Origin: Phycisphaerae bacterium
GTDB lineage: Bacteria; Planctomycetota; Phycisphaerae; UBA1845; Fen-1342
Length of the DNA stretch: 64,000 bases
Assembly: GCA_050115495.1 (NCBI GenBank)
Contig: JASFQK010000035.1
Coordinates: forward strand, 12,514 to 76,513
Direction: 5' to 3'
Shown: positions 1-9,632 of the stretch, piece by piece
How the letters are laid out: the number at the start of each line of letters is the position of its first letter
Position numbering within the stretch: position 1 is the first letter of the stretch
Notes under the pieces: generated by a model
Seen by the model: only the letters and a program-made list of their open reading frames with translations
The model's database searches: none
Told to the model about the DNA's origin: nothing
Program-made: the position numbers and the translations under genes

Positions 1-85
1 AAGCGGTCATCATCACCGCGCCGCCGGTGGTGAGCGTCACAGCCGGCTGCGTCGTCTGGGCCAGGATCAGCGACAGCGCGTTCAT
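1..85 (-). CDS. Partial small membrane protein directly downstream of the NSS transporter; possible MetS-like small subunit (3' end off-window)
   Basis: ATG at 85 overlaps the NSS stop codon (ATGA); translation MNALSLILAQTTQPAVTLTTGGAVMMTA runs into a hydrophobic segment; not in the ORF track. Confidence 0.5.
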   Translation of the reverse strand, partial: MNALSLILAQTTQPAVTLTTGGAVMMTA

Positions 86-2160
86 GAGCCGGTCTCCCAG
101 GCCACGCCGTTGCGCTCGGCGTCGGCGATCGTGCGGCCGATGCGGTTGCGACAGGCAACGTCACTGAGAATGTACAGCAACAACAGGAAGAGGATGATGC
201 CCAGGAACACGAAACGGGCCACGTTCGCGTCGAACATGGCGCGGGTTCGCGCGGTACCCGCTTCCTTGCGCACCTCGCGCACGAAGTGCACGACGGCCTC
301 CGGCGTCAGCGTAACCCCCTCGGCCTCAGCCAGCCCGCAGATCTTGGCGGACAACTCGTTGGGGCTGAGGGCGAGCTCGGCGACGAGACCCCGAGCCACC
401 GACTCGGCATTCTCCTCGGCCAGCGGCGGCGGGAGGCCAAACCGCTGCGCGAGAGCTTGGTTGTAGACCTTCGCCGTTTCGCCGGCGTCGGCAGCAGCAG
501 CGTCGGTGCGGAGCTGACGGATCCAGTCGGCTAGCTCGGCGTGGTCGAGGTCAGGGGCGAATGGTGCGAGCGCGACGCCGACCGTGTCGGCGAGCTGCCG
601 CTCGCTCATGCCGTTCGCGGCGAGCTTCGTGGAAAGCTCGTTGTTGAGGTTGACGGCGTCACGGGCGGTGGTCAGGGCGGCGCGCGGCCCCTGAACGGCG
701 GGATTCATGCCCTCCAGGTAGCCGGGCAGGTTCTGCCAGGACCAGGCAAGGAGGATGACGATGAGGAACGCCGGCGTCACGTAGCGGAGCAGAATGGCGA
801 TCCACCAGGGGACGCGTAAGTCGGCGCCGCGGTTCATCTCGCGTACGCCGCGCTCGGCCCCGACGATCCACCCGAAGAGGATCACCAGGCCCGTGGCGGC
901 GACGATCATGAGCAGGTTGCACCAGAAATCGGTGTGGTCGAGGGCGATGGCCCCGCGGCTGAAGGACATGGTCAGGCCGGCGCCGATGGCGGTGACGACG
1001 CCGAGAACGCCGACGCTGGCCCGCCGGCCGAGGCCGAAGCCGTCTTCGAGGAAGGCGATCGCCGGCTGAAGCATGCTCAGGGAGCTGGTGACGGCGGCGA
1101 GGAAGAGCAGGCCAAACCACATGGCCCCGATCCACTGCCCCAGCGGCATGAAGTGCATGATCGCCGGGATGGTGACGAAGCCGAGCTCGAAGGTGGAACC
1201 CTTGGCGTTCTGGGCGCCGAGGAAGAGAAACGCGGTGGGGACGACGATCAGGCCGGCCAGGATCACCTCACAGAACTCGTTAGTGCTCGAAGCCGACAGT
1301 GAGCTGAGCACGACGTCGTCGTCTTCGCGCAGGTAGCTCGCGTAGCACAGGATCAGGCCAAAGCCCACGCTGAGGCTGAAGAAGATCTGCCCGGCGGCGG
1401 CCAGCCAGACCTGGGGGTTGCGCAGGGCCGGCCAATCCGGGTTCCACATGAAACCCAGGCCGCTGGTGATGCCCGGCAGGGTAAGCACGCGGAAAAGGAT
1501 GATGACCGCGCAGAGGATCAGCAGCGGCATGGCGTACTTGCAGAACTTCTCGATGCCGCGCACCACGCCCTGGTAGATGACGAAGAAGTTGACCAGGAAG
1601 CACAGGAGCACGAGCCAGATGGTGCGGCTGCCGGCGAAGAGCGCGCCGTGCGCCGAGGTGCCGAAGACCTCGCCCTGGTGGGCCTGCGTCGCCGCCACGA
1701 CGGCGGAGACGACATGCTCGTGGTCGGTGGTGCCGGCGGTGGCGGCGGCGAAGAGGTCGCGAAAGCCGCCGTGGGCGAACTGGATGCAGTAGTCCAGGCA
1801 CCAGGCCTCGAGCAAGATGTAGTACATGTAAATGACGACGGGGATGAGCAGCGAGAGGGCTCCGAGCAGCTTGGCCGGGCTGCGCCGCCAGATGGCGTAG
1901 AAGACGCCCGGGGCGCTGTTCTGGCCGAAGCGCCCGCCGAACCGGCCGAGCGTCCACTCGCACCAGGCGATGGGGATACCCAGCAGGAGAAAGCTGATGA
2001 TGTAGGGGATCATGAAGGCGCCGCCGCCGTTGTTGACGGCCTGGCCGGGGAAGCGGAGGAAGTTGCCGAGGCCGACGGCGGAGCCGGCCACGGCCAGAAC
2101 TACGCCGAGGCGGGAACCCCATTTCTCTTTCGGTGGCGCTGCGCTGGGCGAGGTGCTCAT
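82..2160 (-). CDS. Sodium-dependent transporter, NSS/SNF family, with a large soluble insertion before the last TM helix
   Basis: WGSRLG...GSAVGLGNFLRFP...NGGGAFMIPY and AAGQIFFSLSVGFG motifs; start moved to MSTSPS (2160). Confidence 0.92.
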   Translation of the reverse strand: MSTSPSAAPPKEKWGSRLGVVLAVAGSAVGLGNFLRFPGQAVNNGGGAFMIPYIISFLLLGIPIAWCEWTLGRFGGRFGQNSAPGVFYAIWRRSPAKLLGALSLLIPVVIYMYYILLEAWCLDYCIQFAHGGFRDLFAAATAGTTDHEHVVSAVVAATQAHQGEVFGTSAHGALFAGSRTIWLVLLCFLVNFFVIYQGVVRGIEKFCKYAMPLLILCAVIILFRVLTLPGITSGLGFMWNPDWPALRNPQVWLAAAGQIFFSLSVGFGLILCYASYLREDDDVVLSSLSASSTNEFCEVILAGLIVVPTAFLFLGAQNAKGSTFELGFVTIPAIMHFMPLGQWIGAMWFGLLFLAAVTSSLSMLQPAIAFLEDGFGLGRRASVGVLGVVTAIGAGLTMSFSRGAIALDHTDFWCNLLMIVAATGLVILFGWIVGAERGVREMNRGADLRVPWWIAILLRYVTPAFLIVILLAWSWQNLPGYLEGMNPAVQGPRAALTTARDAVNLNNELSTKLAANGMSERQLADTVGVALAPFAPDLDHAELADWIRQLRTDAAAADAGETAKVYNQALAQRFGLPPPLAEENAESVARGLVAELALSPNELSAKICGLAEAEGVTLTPEAVVHFVREVRKEAGTARTRAMFDANVARFVFLGIILFLLLLYILSDVACRNRIGRTIADAERNGVAWETGS

Positions 2161-2271
2161 GGGCCGGGCGTCTCCGACGGGTTGGCGCGGCCGAGCCGGT
2201 CGGACGGTGTTGCCGAAGCCGGGCACGACGGCTGCGGGTGAAGGCGACATGCTAAACGATGAGCGGCCGGG

Positions 2272-2288
2272 TCGGCAACGGTTGCCGA
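2272..2288. promoter_or_regulatory. Perfect palindrome between divergent transporter genes; candidate transcription-factor operator
   Basis: TCGGCAAC-G-GTTGCCGA; half-site GTTGCCGAAG repeated near 2208-2217. Confidence 0.4.
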
Positions 2289-2349
2289 AGGCCGGGCGCA
2301 CCGCTATGGTCCGCACATCTTCACGGCCCCTTCAGCTCCCGGAGCCGCT

Positions 2350-4119
2350 ATGTTCAACTGGCACAATCTCAGCCCCACGCTGGACAGCGCCACCGATGCG
2401 ATGGCGACGGCAATCTGGTCGAATCCGCTGTTCCTGCTGCTGTTGGGCTGCGGCCTGCTGTTCACCGTCCTGACCCGCTTCGTGCAGTGGCGCATTCTCA
2501 CCCACGGCTACGCCTGCATTCGCGGGCGCTATGACAAGCCGGACGACACCGGACACATCAACCACTTCCAGGCGCTGTGCGCCGCGCTGTCGGCGACGAT
2601 CGGGCTGGGCAACATCGGCGGCGTGGCCCTGGCCGTGTCGGTCGGCGGGCCGGGGGCGGTCTTCTGGATGTGGATCGTCGGCCTGTTCGGCATGGCCCTC
2701 AAGTTCATGGAATGCACGCTGGCGGTGATGTTCCGCGGCGTGCGCATCCGGAAGTCGGCAGCCAGCGGGGAGGAGCAGCACGAGGTCCGCGGCGGGCCGA
2801 TGTGGTACATGCAGAAGGCCCTGGTCGAACCCCTGTGGTCCCGCGGCAACCCGTTCTGGGTGGTGTTCAAGGTGCTCGCCGTTCTGTTCGCCGTCTCCAC
2901 GATCCTGAACGCGCTGGGCAGCGGGAACATGTTCCAGGGCTGGAACATCTCCGACATGCTACAGAAGAACTTCCACGTGCCGACGGCGCTGTCGGGCGCG
3001 GTCGTGGCCTCGCTGGTGGGGTTGGTGATCATCGGCGGCATCCAGCGCATCGGGAACGTGGCGTCACGGCTCGTGCCGTTCATGTGCATCGTGTACGTGC
3101 TCGGGGCGCTGGTCGTGGTCCTGATGCACATCCACCAGGTCCCCTACTACCTCGGCCTGATCGTCAGCTCGGCCTTCACGGCGAGCGCCGGCACCGGAGC
3201 GTTCGTCGGCGTGGCAATGAAGACGGCGTTCGTGCAGGGGCTGCGGCGGGCCTGCTTCTCGAACGAGGCCGGCGAGGGCTCCGCGGCCATGGCCCACGCT
3301 GCGGCGAAGACCGAAGAGCCGATCCGCGAGGGCGTCGTCGCCGGCATCGGGCCGTTCGTGGACACGCTGCTCATCTGCACGATGACCGCGCTGGTGCTGC
3401 TGATGAGCGGCACGTGGGATCGCGCTCCGGTTGGCCGCGTGACGGCGGTGGAAGGTACGTCGGTGGTGATCGAGTATACCGACCAGGTCGACCCGCGCAT
3501 CGCTGGTCTGTACATGGAACGGCTGCACTTCCCGAAACGGACGGGCAGCCAGTTCTCGATCTACGTGCCGCTGGAGGAAGGCGCGCAATTCGAAGAGGTC
3601 AAGACGGACATTCCGCGCGGCGCGGTGCCCGAGGATGCCACCGTGGCGCAATGGGCAACCTTGCCGCCGGCGACGCTCGATGTGTCGGGGGTCGAAGAGA
3701 AGGAACGGGCCCGGCTGGCGGCAGGGCAGACGGTGCACCTGTGCATGGAGGGGGCGGAGTTGACGCGCTTTGCCTTCGACGCGACGTTGCCGGGCTTCGG
3801 CATGTGGATCGTAACGCTGGGAGTGTGCCTGTTCGGCTTCTCGACGATGATCAGTTGGAGCTATTACGGTGAGCGCGGAGCGGAATACCTGTTCGGGTCG
3901 GGAGCGATCCTGCCGTACAAGGTGGGTTTCGTGCTGTTTGTGTTCCTGGGGATGGTGCTGGAGAAGTTCCAATGGGTGTACAACTTCTCCGACGGCGCGT
4001 CGGGCCTGATGGTCTTCTGGAACCTGCCGGCCGTGCTGCTCCTCTCGCCGCACGTGGTGCGCGCGGCCCGGGATTACTTCGGGCGACTGGATCGTGGCCA
4101 GATGCCTCGCGTGCACTAG
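2350..4119 (+). CDS. Alanine/glycine:cation symporter (AGCS family) with an extracytoplasmic insertion
   Basis: FQALCAALSATIGLGNIGGVA, GGPGAVFWMW, GGPMWYM, FSNEAGEGSA, FSTMISWSYYGE motifs. Confidence 0.93.
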   Translation: MFNWHNLSPTLDSATDAMATAIWSNPLFLLLLGCGLLFTVLTRFVQWRILTHGYACIRGRYDKPDDTGHINHFQALCAALSATIGLGNIGGVALAVSVGGPGAVFWMWIVGLFGMALKFMECTLAVMFRGVRIRKSAASGEEQHEVRGGPMWYMQKALVEPLWSRGNPFWVVFKVLAVLFAVSTILNALGSGNMFQGWNISDMLQKNFHVPTALSGAVVASLVGLVIIGGIQRIGNVASRLVPFMCIVYVLGALVVVLMHIHQVPYYLGLIVSSAFTASAGTGAFVGVAMKTAFVQGLRRACFSNEAGEGSAAMAHAAAKTEEPIREGVVAGIGPFVDTLLICTMTALVLLMSGTWDRAPVGRVTAVEGTSVVIEYTDQVDPRIAGLYMERLHFPKRTGSQFSIYVPLEEGAQFEEVKTDIPRGAVPEDATVAQWATLPPATLDVSGVEEKERARLAAGQTVHLCMEGAELTRFAFDATLPGFGMWIVTLGVCLFGFSTMISWSYYGERGAEYLFGSGAILPYKVGFVLFVFLGMVLEKFQWVYNFSDGASGLMVFWNLPAVLLLSPHVVRAARDYFGRLDRGQMPRVH

Positions 4120-4128
4120 ACGTTCGCC

Positions 4129-4211
4129 GAAAAAGGGGGACAGGCACCTCGCGTTGCGTGGTGGTCGCGCTACGTGCCAGGTTCGCGGCTCGGCGCCAGT
4201 CCCCCTTTTTC
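4129..4211. repeat. MITE/REP-like element with terminal inverted repeats (GGGGAC family)
   Basis: GAAAAAGGGGGAC ... GTCCCCCTTTTTC perfect 13-bp inverted ends; related copy in reverse orientation at 48901-48975. Confidence 0.75.
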
Positions 4212-4315
4212 AGCGGCGATCTGGGTCCAGCACTCGCCGGGTGGACCGGGCGGTATACTGTTTGATGTGAAGTGGCCTCGCGGGCCAGTCCCCGAAAGTT
4301 GAAGGAAGTTCTCGT

Positions 4316-5278
4316 ATGGGCACGCCGTCCCCTACCGGCAAGTCGAGTCCCCGCCCCAGCCGCGTGGCGGCCACGGTCAAGAGGCTGATCCGCACGCGGA
4401 TCAGCGCTGGCGTGATCACCGTTCTACCGCTGCTGGTGACACTGTGGGTCGTGCGGCTGATTTTCCAGTGGATGCGGGACTCGTCGCTGTGGGTGGTGGA
4501 GCTCTACCTGCGAAGCTGGATGGGCCAGCCGCTGCTGGACAGTTGGCAGGTGCCCGCCCGGCTCACCGCGCAATCGCCGACCGCGGAGCAGATTCTCGGC
4601 AACACGTCCGCGCAACTGGCCGCCGCGCAGACGACGCTGATCAGCGTCACGGAGAAGCTGCAGCTGCTGGAGGAACGGCTGGGCCGGCCGGTGGATATGG
4701 AGGAGTTCTTCGAGATCCTGCCGGCCACGGTGCAGTGGGGGACGGCCATCTTCTCGGTCCTGCTGACCGTCTTCTTCCTCTACGCCGTGGGGCTCTTCGC
4801 CGCCAACCTCGTCGGCCGGCGCGTGATTCAGACGTTCGAGCAGGTTCTCGAGCGCGTGCCGTTGATCAAGACGATCTACCGTGGGCTGAAGCAGATTCTG
4901 GCCAGCTTCTCCGGCGATCAGACGCAGAGTTTCCAGCGGGTGGCGCTGGTGCCCTTCCCGCAGGAGCGGATGCGCTGCGTGGCCTTTGTGACGAACACGT
5001 TCCGCGACTCTGAGACGGGCGAGGAATTATGTTCGGTGTTCATCGCCACCACGCCGAACCCGACCACGGGCTACCTGCAGATCCTCAAGCGCAGCGAGAT
5101 CACCGAGCTGGACTGGAGCGTCGAGGAAGCCATCCGCACGATCATGTCCGGCGGCATCCTGAAACCGGACTACCTGACGATTGTGCCCAACAAGCAGTTG
5201 TACCCGGACGGACGGCCGCCGGATGGTGCGCTGCCACCGATGAGTCCCCCTGCCGAAGGACCGCCGACGACGTCCTGA
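4316..5278 (+). CDS. DUF502-family membrane protein
   Basis: AGVITVLPLLVTLWV, RVPLIKTIY, VFIATTPNPTTGYL, EEAIRTIMSGG motifs. Confidence 0.88.
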   Translation: MGTPSPTGKSSPRPSRVAATVKRLIRTRISAGVITVLPLLVTLWVVRLIFQWMRDSSLWVVELYLRSWMGQPLLDSWQVPARLTAQSPTAEQILGNTSAQLAAAQTTLISVTEKLQLLEERLGRPVDMEEFFEILPATVQWGTAIFSVLLTVFFLYAVGLFAANLVGRRVIQTFEQVLERVPLIKTIYRGLKQILASFSGDQTQSFQRVALVPFPQERMRCVAFVTNTFRDSETGEELCSVFIATTPNPTTGYLQILKRSEITELDWSVEEAIRTIMSGGILKPDYLTIVPNKQLYPDGRPPDGALPPMSPPAEGPPTTS

Positions 5279-5332
5279 TCCGCAGCGCGTCGGCCGGTCA
5301 CCAACGACCGGTCCGCATCACCCCAAATAGCA

Positions 5333-5363
5333 CGACGGCCGGCGTGAATCTCGCCGGCCGTCG
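5333..5363. terminator. GC-rich hairpin between convergent genes; probable terminator
   Basis: CGACGGCCGGCG-7 nt loop-CGCCGGCCGTCG, 12-bp perfect stem. Confidence 0.55.
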
Positions 5364-5408
5364 CGTGGAACGTCACCGGCCCGTAGTGGGCCGGGGTGTC
5401 AGCGCTGA

Positions 5409-7310
5409 CTAGGGAACTTCCTCAGCGACGGGCTCGGGCTCGGGAGCCGGTGTCGCGGCGGGGGGCTCGCGGTAGTTGAAGACGGCCTTGGTGTACATCG
5501 CCTTGCCGTCGAAGGTGGTCTGCGAGGAGGAGGACTGGTAGAAGTTCAACTCGCGGCAGACCTTGCCGGCCTTGTTGGCCACCATGAGCAGAGTGCGGCC
5601 GACCGGGTGCCGGGCCAGATCAGGAACGAGGAAGCCGAAGCCGGAGACCATCTCCAGGATGCCGCCGAGCTCTTCGCCCAGCTTCGTCAGGTCGGAGAAG
5701 CTGACGGAGATGACCTTCTTGCCGAGGGGCAGGCCTTCCTTGAGGAAGCGCTCGTTGGTGGAGAAGTTCGGCTCCTTGCCGGCGGCGGTGGCCAGGGCGA
5801 TCTCGATGGCCTTCGGGCTCGAGCCGAGGAAAAGCTGGCCGTCGTAAATGCCGAACGTCGGCTGGCCGAGCATCATGGCCAGCATCGGGTGCACGATGAC
5901 CTTGAAGCCGTCGGCGCCTTCCAGGCGGGCGTCGTCGATCATGCCGTTCTGCTCGGCGAGCATCGGCGAGACCATCTCGATCACGTGATTGAGCAGGCCG
6001 TTGGCCTTCTCTTCATCGGTGACCGACAGCATGATGACCCACGAGGCGGGGCTGTAGGTGGACTTGCCGGGGATGGTGAAGCTGGCGAGGCCGCCGCCGA
6101 TCCAGTCGATGACGTCGGCTTCGACGTCGATGCCGACGTTCTCCTTGATCTCGAGCTTGCCTTCTTCCCAGTCGGCGAGAGCGTCCTCGCCGTCGGGAAC
6201 GTTGTCCTTGATGAAGTGCAGGATCTCGTCGTAGATGACGCGGGGGCGGATACCGTTCCAGGCACTCATGTTCTGGGCGTTCTGCGGGACGAACTTCAGC
6301 GGATCGGTGAGCGGATCGTTGCTGAAGAGAACGCGGTACAGGGCGCGATCCTGCCGGTCGGGCAGCATCACGGTCACGCCGTCCATCGTGGTCTTCAGGC
6401 CATCGGTGGTGGAGACGGTGGCCACGTAGTCGAAGATGTCCATCGCGTCGATGAACTTGCCGGGCAGGGACTTGACCTCAGGCTCGATGTTCTCGCCGGT
6501 CGGATCGCCCATGGCCATGGCCTGGTCGATGAAGACGCGAAACTGGCTCATCCACAGCGACAGATCCATGAAGACCAGTTCGTCGGTCGGCGCCGGGAGC
6601 TGCTTGAAGGCGGCCTGGAAGCGGTCGGTCGAGGCCAGGGTCTTGCCCTCGCCGCCGGTGAGCAGCGTCAACGACTGCTCGGGCATGGTCTGCCCGAAGC
6701 CGATGAGGATCGTGTCCTGCTGACGGGCGAGCATCAGCATCATGGGGATCGGGGCGTTGACGGCAGTCACGCGGTGCACGATCGCGTCGCCGGCACCCTC
6801 GGTGGCCAGGCTAACCTCGCCCTCGGGCGCGAAGCCGATCAGGGTCTTCAGAATGCCTTCCAGGCCGGTGAAGTTGGCGGCGGCCTTCTCGGGAGAGGCA
6901 GACAGCAGCACCACCATGTCCGGCACGGGGAAGCCGAGCTTCATGGCGAAGGCAGATTCATGTTCACCCAGCGTCGACCACTCGACGCCCAGCAGCAGGT
7001 CGCTGAACTGCTGCCACTGCGCTTCGAACATCTCGACGTCGTCGCCGTTTTCCTCGACGACCGACTTGAGCAGCAGGCGCAGGTCGTTCTCGAAGTGCTG
7101 CTCCTGCACGACGGCCCACACGCGGTCGTACTGCGCCTTCAGGAAGGCCTGGCCGTCGTGACTGCGCCCGTGCACGGCCAGGGCGGCATCGGCCGGAATC
7201 GCCTTCGTCAGCTTGAAGTCGTCGATGCCGGCGATGGCCGGCCCCGCCAGGGCGAGCACCGCCACCCACAACATCCCCACCCCGAACATCCAACCTGCCT
7301 TGCGTCTCAT
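5409..7310 (-). CDS. Exported hypothetical protein (DUF3352-like)
   Basis: Signal peptide MRRKAGW...AGPAIA; strong GC3 codon bias; two-fold repeat organisation (KAIPADA / KFVPQNA). Confidence 0.7.
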   Translation of the reverse strand: MRRKAGWMFGVGMLWVAVLALAGPAIAGIDDFKLTKAIPADAALAVHGRSHDGQAFLKAQYDRVWAVVQEQHFENDLRLLLKSVVEENGDDVEMFEAQWQQFSDLLLGVEWSTLGEHESAFAMKLGFPVPDMVVLLSASPEKAAANFTGLEGILKTLIGFAPEGEVSLATEGAGDAIVHRVTAVNAPIPMMLMLARQQDTILIGFGQTMPEQSLTLLTGGEGKTLASTDRFQAAFKQLPAPTDELVFMDLSLWMSQFRVFIDQAMAMGDPTGENIEPEVKSLPGKFIDAMDIFDYVATVSTTDGLKTTMDGVTVMLPDRQDRALYRVLFSNDPLTDPLKFVPQNAQNMSAWNGIRPRVIYDEILHFIKDNVPDGEDALADWEEGKLEIKENVGIDVEADVIDWIGGGLASFTIPGKSTYSPASWVIMLSVTDEEKANGLLNHVIEMVSPMLAEQNGMIDDARLEGADGFKVIVHPMLAMMLGQPTFGIYDGQLFLGSSPKAIEIALATAAGKEPNFSTNERFLKEGLPLGKKVISVSFSDLTKLGEELGGILEMVSGFGFLVPDLARHPVGRTLLMVANKAGKVCRELNFYQSSSSQTTFDGKAMYTKAVFNYREPPAATPAPEPEPVAEEVP

Positions 7311-7501
7311 CGCTGCATCTCCTTGTGTACCGAATCGCCCAAGCCCGCAGGCCGGGCTTATCAACGGTTGCCGACGTGGCACGACCATCTACGTGCGTAG
7401 TCTATCGCGAGGAACGTGGCCGCGCAGCATAACCGCGCACGGAAACACCGCAAACCACAAAATCTGACACTGCCACCCGTCCACGACGCCTTCCGGGGCC
7501 G

Positions 7502-9574
7502 CTAACCCCGCCGCTTGGCTCCCCGGCGACGCTTCGGCTGCCAGGTGTCCCCGTCCCGTCCGCGCCCCTCCTCCCGCGGCCGGGCGTCGGCGGCGGCTAC
7601 CTTCACCTCCGGCGATTCGCGCAGCTCCTTGATGTGATCCCGTAACGCTGCCGCCCGCTCGAAGTCCAGCTCCTCCGCCGCCTGCAACATCTCCGCCTCG
7701 AGCTGGTTGATCAGCTCGTCGCGGTCGTACTCCTCCGCGCCGGCGTGCACCACCTCGCGCACGCGACGCATGGCGCTTACCTCGGTCAGCAGGCCGGTGC
7801 GGATCGCCTTGCGAATCGTGTCCGGCGTGATGCCGTGCTCCTCGTTGTAGCGAAGCTGGATCTCCCGGCGACGGCCCGTCTCGTCCATGGCCCGCTGCAT
7901 CGACGGCGTCACCTTGTCGCCGTACAGGATGACGAGGGCGTTCACGTTGCGGGCGCAGCGGCCGATGGTCTGGATCAGCGACGTGTCGCTGCGCAGGAAG
8001 CCCTCCTTGTCGGCGTCCATGATCGCCACGAGCGAGACCTCGGGCAGGTCAAGCCCCTCGCGCAGCAGGTTCACGCCGACCAGCACGTCGAAGCGACCTT
8101 GGCGCAGCTCGCGCAGGATGTCGATGCGTTCGAGCGTGTCGATCTCGCTGTGCAGGTAGCGGCCGCGCAGACCGGCCTGCTGGATGAACGCCGAGAGGTC
8201 CTCGGCGAGCCGCTTGGTGAGTGTGGTGACCAGGACGCGCTCGCCGCGGGCGGAGCGTTCCTGGATGCGCTGCAACAGGTCAGGCACCTGGCCGCGGGCG
8301 GGATGCACTTCGATGAGCGGATCGACCAAGCCGGTCGGCCGGATGATCTGTTCGACGACTTCGCCGGCGCAGGTTTCGAGCTCGTAGGGGCCGGGCGTGG
8401 CACTGACAAACAGAACGTGCTGCCACATGCCCTCGAACTCGGCGAAGCGCATCGGGCGGTTGTCGAGGCAACTGGGCAGGCGGAAGCCGTGCTCGACGAG
8501 GACCTGCTTGCGGTTGCGGTCGCCGTTGTACATCGCGCCGATCTGCGGGAGGGTCACGTGCGACTCGTCGATGATGACGAGGAAGTCCTTGGGGAAGTAG
8601 TCGACGAGCGTGTACGGCTTCGAGCCGGGCGACGTCTGGTTGAGGTGGCGCGTGTAGTTCTCGATGCCGCTGCAATAGCCGACCTCGAGCAGCATCTCGA
8701 CGTCGTACTTGGTGCGGGCCAGCAGACGCTGGGCTTCGAGCAGCTTGCCGTCGTGGCGGAGCTGCATGACACGCTGGTCGAGTTCCTGCTGGATGCCCTG
8801 CACGGCAGCCTGCAAGTTCTCCTCGGGCAGCACGTAATGTACCGCGGGGTAGATATACGCCTGCTCCCGGCGTTGGAGGACCTCGCCGCTGAGCGGGTGG
8901 ACGTACGACAACCGCTCGACGACGTCGCCGAAGAGCTCGATGCGCAGGACGTACTCCTCGTGTGCGGGGGCGAGCTCGATGACGTCGCCGCGGGCGCGGA
9001 AGCTGCCGCGCTTCAGCTCGACGTGCTGGCGCTCGTATTGCAGGCGGACAAGCTGGCGGAGCAACTCGTCGCGTTCGAGCTCCTGACCGACGCGGACGTC
9101 GATCACGCTGGCCTTGTACTCGTCGGGCGAGCCGAGGCCGAAGATGCAGGAAACGCTGGCGACGACGACGACGTCCCGGCGGGAAACAACCGCGCTGGTC
9201 GCCGAGAGGCGCAGGCGGTCGAGGTCGTCGTTGCGCGAGGCGTCCTTTTCGATGTAGATGTCGCGCTGGGGAATGTAGGCTTCGGGCTGATAGTAGTCGT
9301 AGTAGCTGACGAAGTACTCGACGGCGTTGCGCGGCATGATCTCGCGGAACTCTTCGTAGAGCTGGGCGGCGAGCGTCTTGTTGTGCGACAGGACGAGCGT
9401 CGGCAGGCCCAGTTGGGCGATGACGTGGGCCATCGTGAACGTCTTGCCCGAGCCGGTCACGCCGAGCAGCGTCTGCCGCGGCCGACCCTCGCGAAACCCG
9501 CGCACGAGCCGAGCGATGGCTTCGGGTTGGTCCCCGCGCGGCTGGAACTCACTGACGATCTGGAAGTCGCTCAT
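7502..9574 (-). CDS. uvrB: Excinuclease ABC subunit B
   Basis: GVTGSGKTFT, FVSYYDYYQPEAY, DESH, NLLREGLDLPEVSLV, C-terminal UVR domain. Confidence 0.98.
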   Translation of the reverse strand: MSDFQIVSEFQPRGDQPEAIARLVRGFREGRPRQTLLGVTGSGKTFTMAHVIAQLGLPTLVLSHNKTLAAQLYEEFREIMPRNAVEYFVSYYDYYQPEAYIPQRDIYIEKDASRNDDLDRLRLSATSAVVSRRDVVVVASVSCIFGLGSPDEYKASVIDVRVGQELERDELLRQLVRLQYERQHVELKRGSFRARGDVIELAPAHEEYVLRIELFGDVVERLSYVHPLSGEVLQRREQAYIYPAVHYVLPEENLQAAVQGIQQELDQRVMQLRHDGKLLEAQRLLARTKYDVEMLLEVGYCSGIENYTRHLNQTSPGSKPYTLVDYFPKDFLVIIDESHVTLPQIGAMYNGDRNRKQVLVEHGFRLPSCLDNRPMRFAEFEGMWQHVLFVSATPGPYELETCAGEVVEQIIRPTGLVDPLIEVHPARGQVPDLLQRIQERSARGERVLVTTLTKRLAEDLSAFIQQAGLRGRYLHSEIDTLERIDILRELRQGRFDVLVGVNLLREGLDLPEVSLVAIMDADKEGFLRSDTSLIQTIGRCARNVNALVILYGDKVTPSMQRAMDETGRRREIQLRYNEEHGITPDTIRKAIRTGLLTEVSAMRRVREVVHAGAEEYDRDELINQLEAEMLQAAEELDFERAAALRDHIKELRESPEVKVAAADARPREEGRGRDGDTWQPKRRRGAKRRG

Positions 9575-9632
9575 ACCCGAGATTATACGGTCCCAACCCG
9601 CGACGCTCTCGCCCGGCACCCGCCATGAGCGT

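Noticed and set aside
7745..9628. Long antisense ORFs (also 5607-7400, 12640-14538, 25270-27372, 34561-36228, 38126-40324, 44785-46518)
   Set aside because: Shadows of well-supported opposite-strand genes, expected at high GC; no recognisable motifs
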